Positions 63,415 through 64,000 of a stretch of DNA of 64,000 nucleotides are shown one piece after another. Source of the DNA: an uncultured Candidatus Poseidoniales archaeon (lineage in GTDB: Archaea; Thermoplasmatota; Poseidoniia; Poseidoniales; Thalassarchaeaceae). The stretch's first letter is position 1, and the number at the start of each line of letters is the position of its first letter. The notes under the pieces were generated by a model. The model was given only the letters and a program-made list of their open reading frames with translations, searched no databases and was not told the origin of the DNA. The stretch spans positions 50 through 64,049 of the forward strand of contig CAXGWC010000003.1 in assembly GCA_964013425.1 (NCBI GenBank). Direction: 5' to 3'. Both the position numbers and the translations under genes were made by a program.

Positions 63415-64000
63415 GTGAGCGACACCTCTGAATGGTCTAATCTATCAGTATCTGAACTCAAAGACTACCTCAGAGAAAGAGGAATGCCAGTTTCTGGGAA
63501 GAAGGAGGAGCTAGTTAGAAGAGTTGAAGAAAGTTCTGTTTTTCAAGCTGAAGTTGCTAATTTTCCATCTGATAATAAGGGATTTAGTGGATTATTAGAT
63601 AGGATTAGAAGTTTACCGTTTTCCACACTAGTGGTGATTTCGATATTAGTTATTGGCGGGTCTGGAGGAGCAGTTGTATATGGTGATGAAATAATGGATT
63701 TTATCCAAGGGGATCCAGAATATGTACTCATTGATTTTGATACTGACAAGACTAGGGAATTTGCTCAGACGCTGGTTGATATGGGACATCCTGAGTGGGA
63801 AGGGAGAATGTCCGGAACCGTAGAAGAGGAAAATACGGCTAATGCAATTAAGAGTAATTTTACATCAATGGGGATACCATCTACAATGGATGAGTTTGAT
63901 GTGAATATGTTTGAAATTGGAGATGAGCCCGATTTATCCATATGCGTACCTGGAGATATCGGGAATATTTTCGGTGGACCGACCCCCTGCTCAGGCGCTG
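63415..64000 (+). CDS. SAP-domain / TM / extracytoplasmic (possibly M28 peptidase-like) protein, partial (3' end beyond the window)
   Basis: The frame is open from GTG 63415 (in-frame TGA at 63400-63402) to the window end. SAP motif: LSVSELKDYLRERGMPVSGKKEELVRRVEE. TM helix: LPFSTLVVISILVIGGSGGAVVYG. Then HPEWEGRMSGTVEEENTANAIKSNFTSMGI, which resembles the R.(S/A)GT..E..AA.YI...F...G start of M28 peptidases. Confidence 0.6.
   Translation, partial: MSDTSEWSNLSVSELKDYLRERGMPVSGKKEELVRRVEESSVFQAEVANFPSDNKGFSGLLDRIRSLPFSTLVVISILVIGGSGGAVVYGDEIMDFIQGDPEYVLIDFDTDKTREFAQTLVDMGHPEWEGRMSGTVEEENTANAIKSNFTSMGIPSTMDEFDVNMFEIGDEPDLSICVPGDIGNIFGGPTPCSGA

Overview
This is a 64-kb chromosomal window from a compact archaeal genome. 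Archaeal markers: archaeal-type AlaRS, RtcB, archaeal DtdA, an Rpo7-Spt4-S24e-S27ae operon, an XPD helicase, and likely leaderless TATA promoters alongside GAGGTGA Shine-Dalgarno sites inside operons. The mix of housekeeping genes, bacterial-like catabolic genes and giant surface proteins resembles marine planktonic Thermoplasmatota (Marine Group II), but that placement is inference only.

I call about 45 protein genes and 3 tRNAs: Thr-GGU, Ser-GGA and Leu-UAA, all with encoded CCA. I saw no rRNA, CRISPR array, transposase or integrase.

Housekeeping and metabolic content:
- alaS plus an alanine aminotransferase
- rtcB and an AlkA-like glycosylase
- a subtilase, proline dehydrogenase, dtdA and purC
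- a two-gene polar amino-acid ABC transporter, gdhA, and an HD phosphohydrolase
- an RHH regulator and XPD
- a folB plus pteridine-reductase-like SDR pair
- a complete lipA / E1alpha / E1beta / E2 / E3 / lipB 2-oxoacid dehydrogenase cluster, followed by a class-V PLP enzyme and ubiX

The striking part is that 25.8 kb (about 40% of the window) encodes five very large secreted or type-I membrane proteins: 428 aa (partial), 2,294 aa, 1,898 aa, 987 aa and 2,989 aa.

Best candidates for something undescribed:
1. The minus-strand 987-aa + 2,989-aa operon (41320-53322). Its giant fuses thrombospondin-type-3 Ca-binding repeats, a transglutaminase-like core with a non-canonical triad, at least 11 Ig/prealbumin-like modules, one TM helix and a cytoplasmic DUF4129-like tail.
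2. An ABC amino-acid permease whose N-terminus is a BNR/Ycf48-like beta-propeller instead of a periplasmic binding protein, with no binding-protein gene nearby.
3. A conserved acidic E-[DE]-D-V-Y-(Y)-D-D-D-D cytoplasmic tail motif shared by two separately encoded giants.

All functional calls come from motifs I read in the translations. No database search was run.
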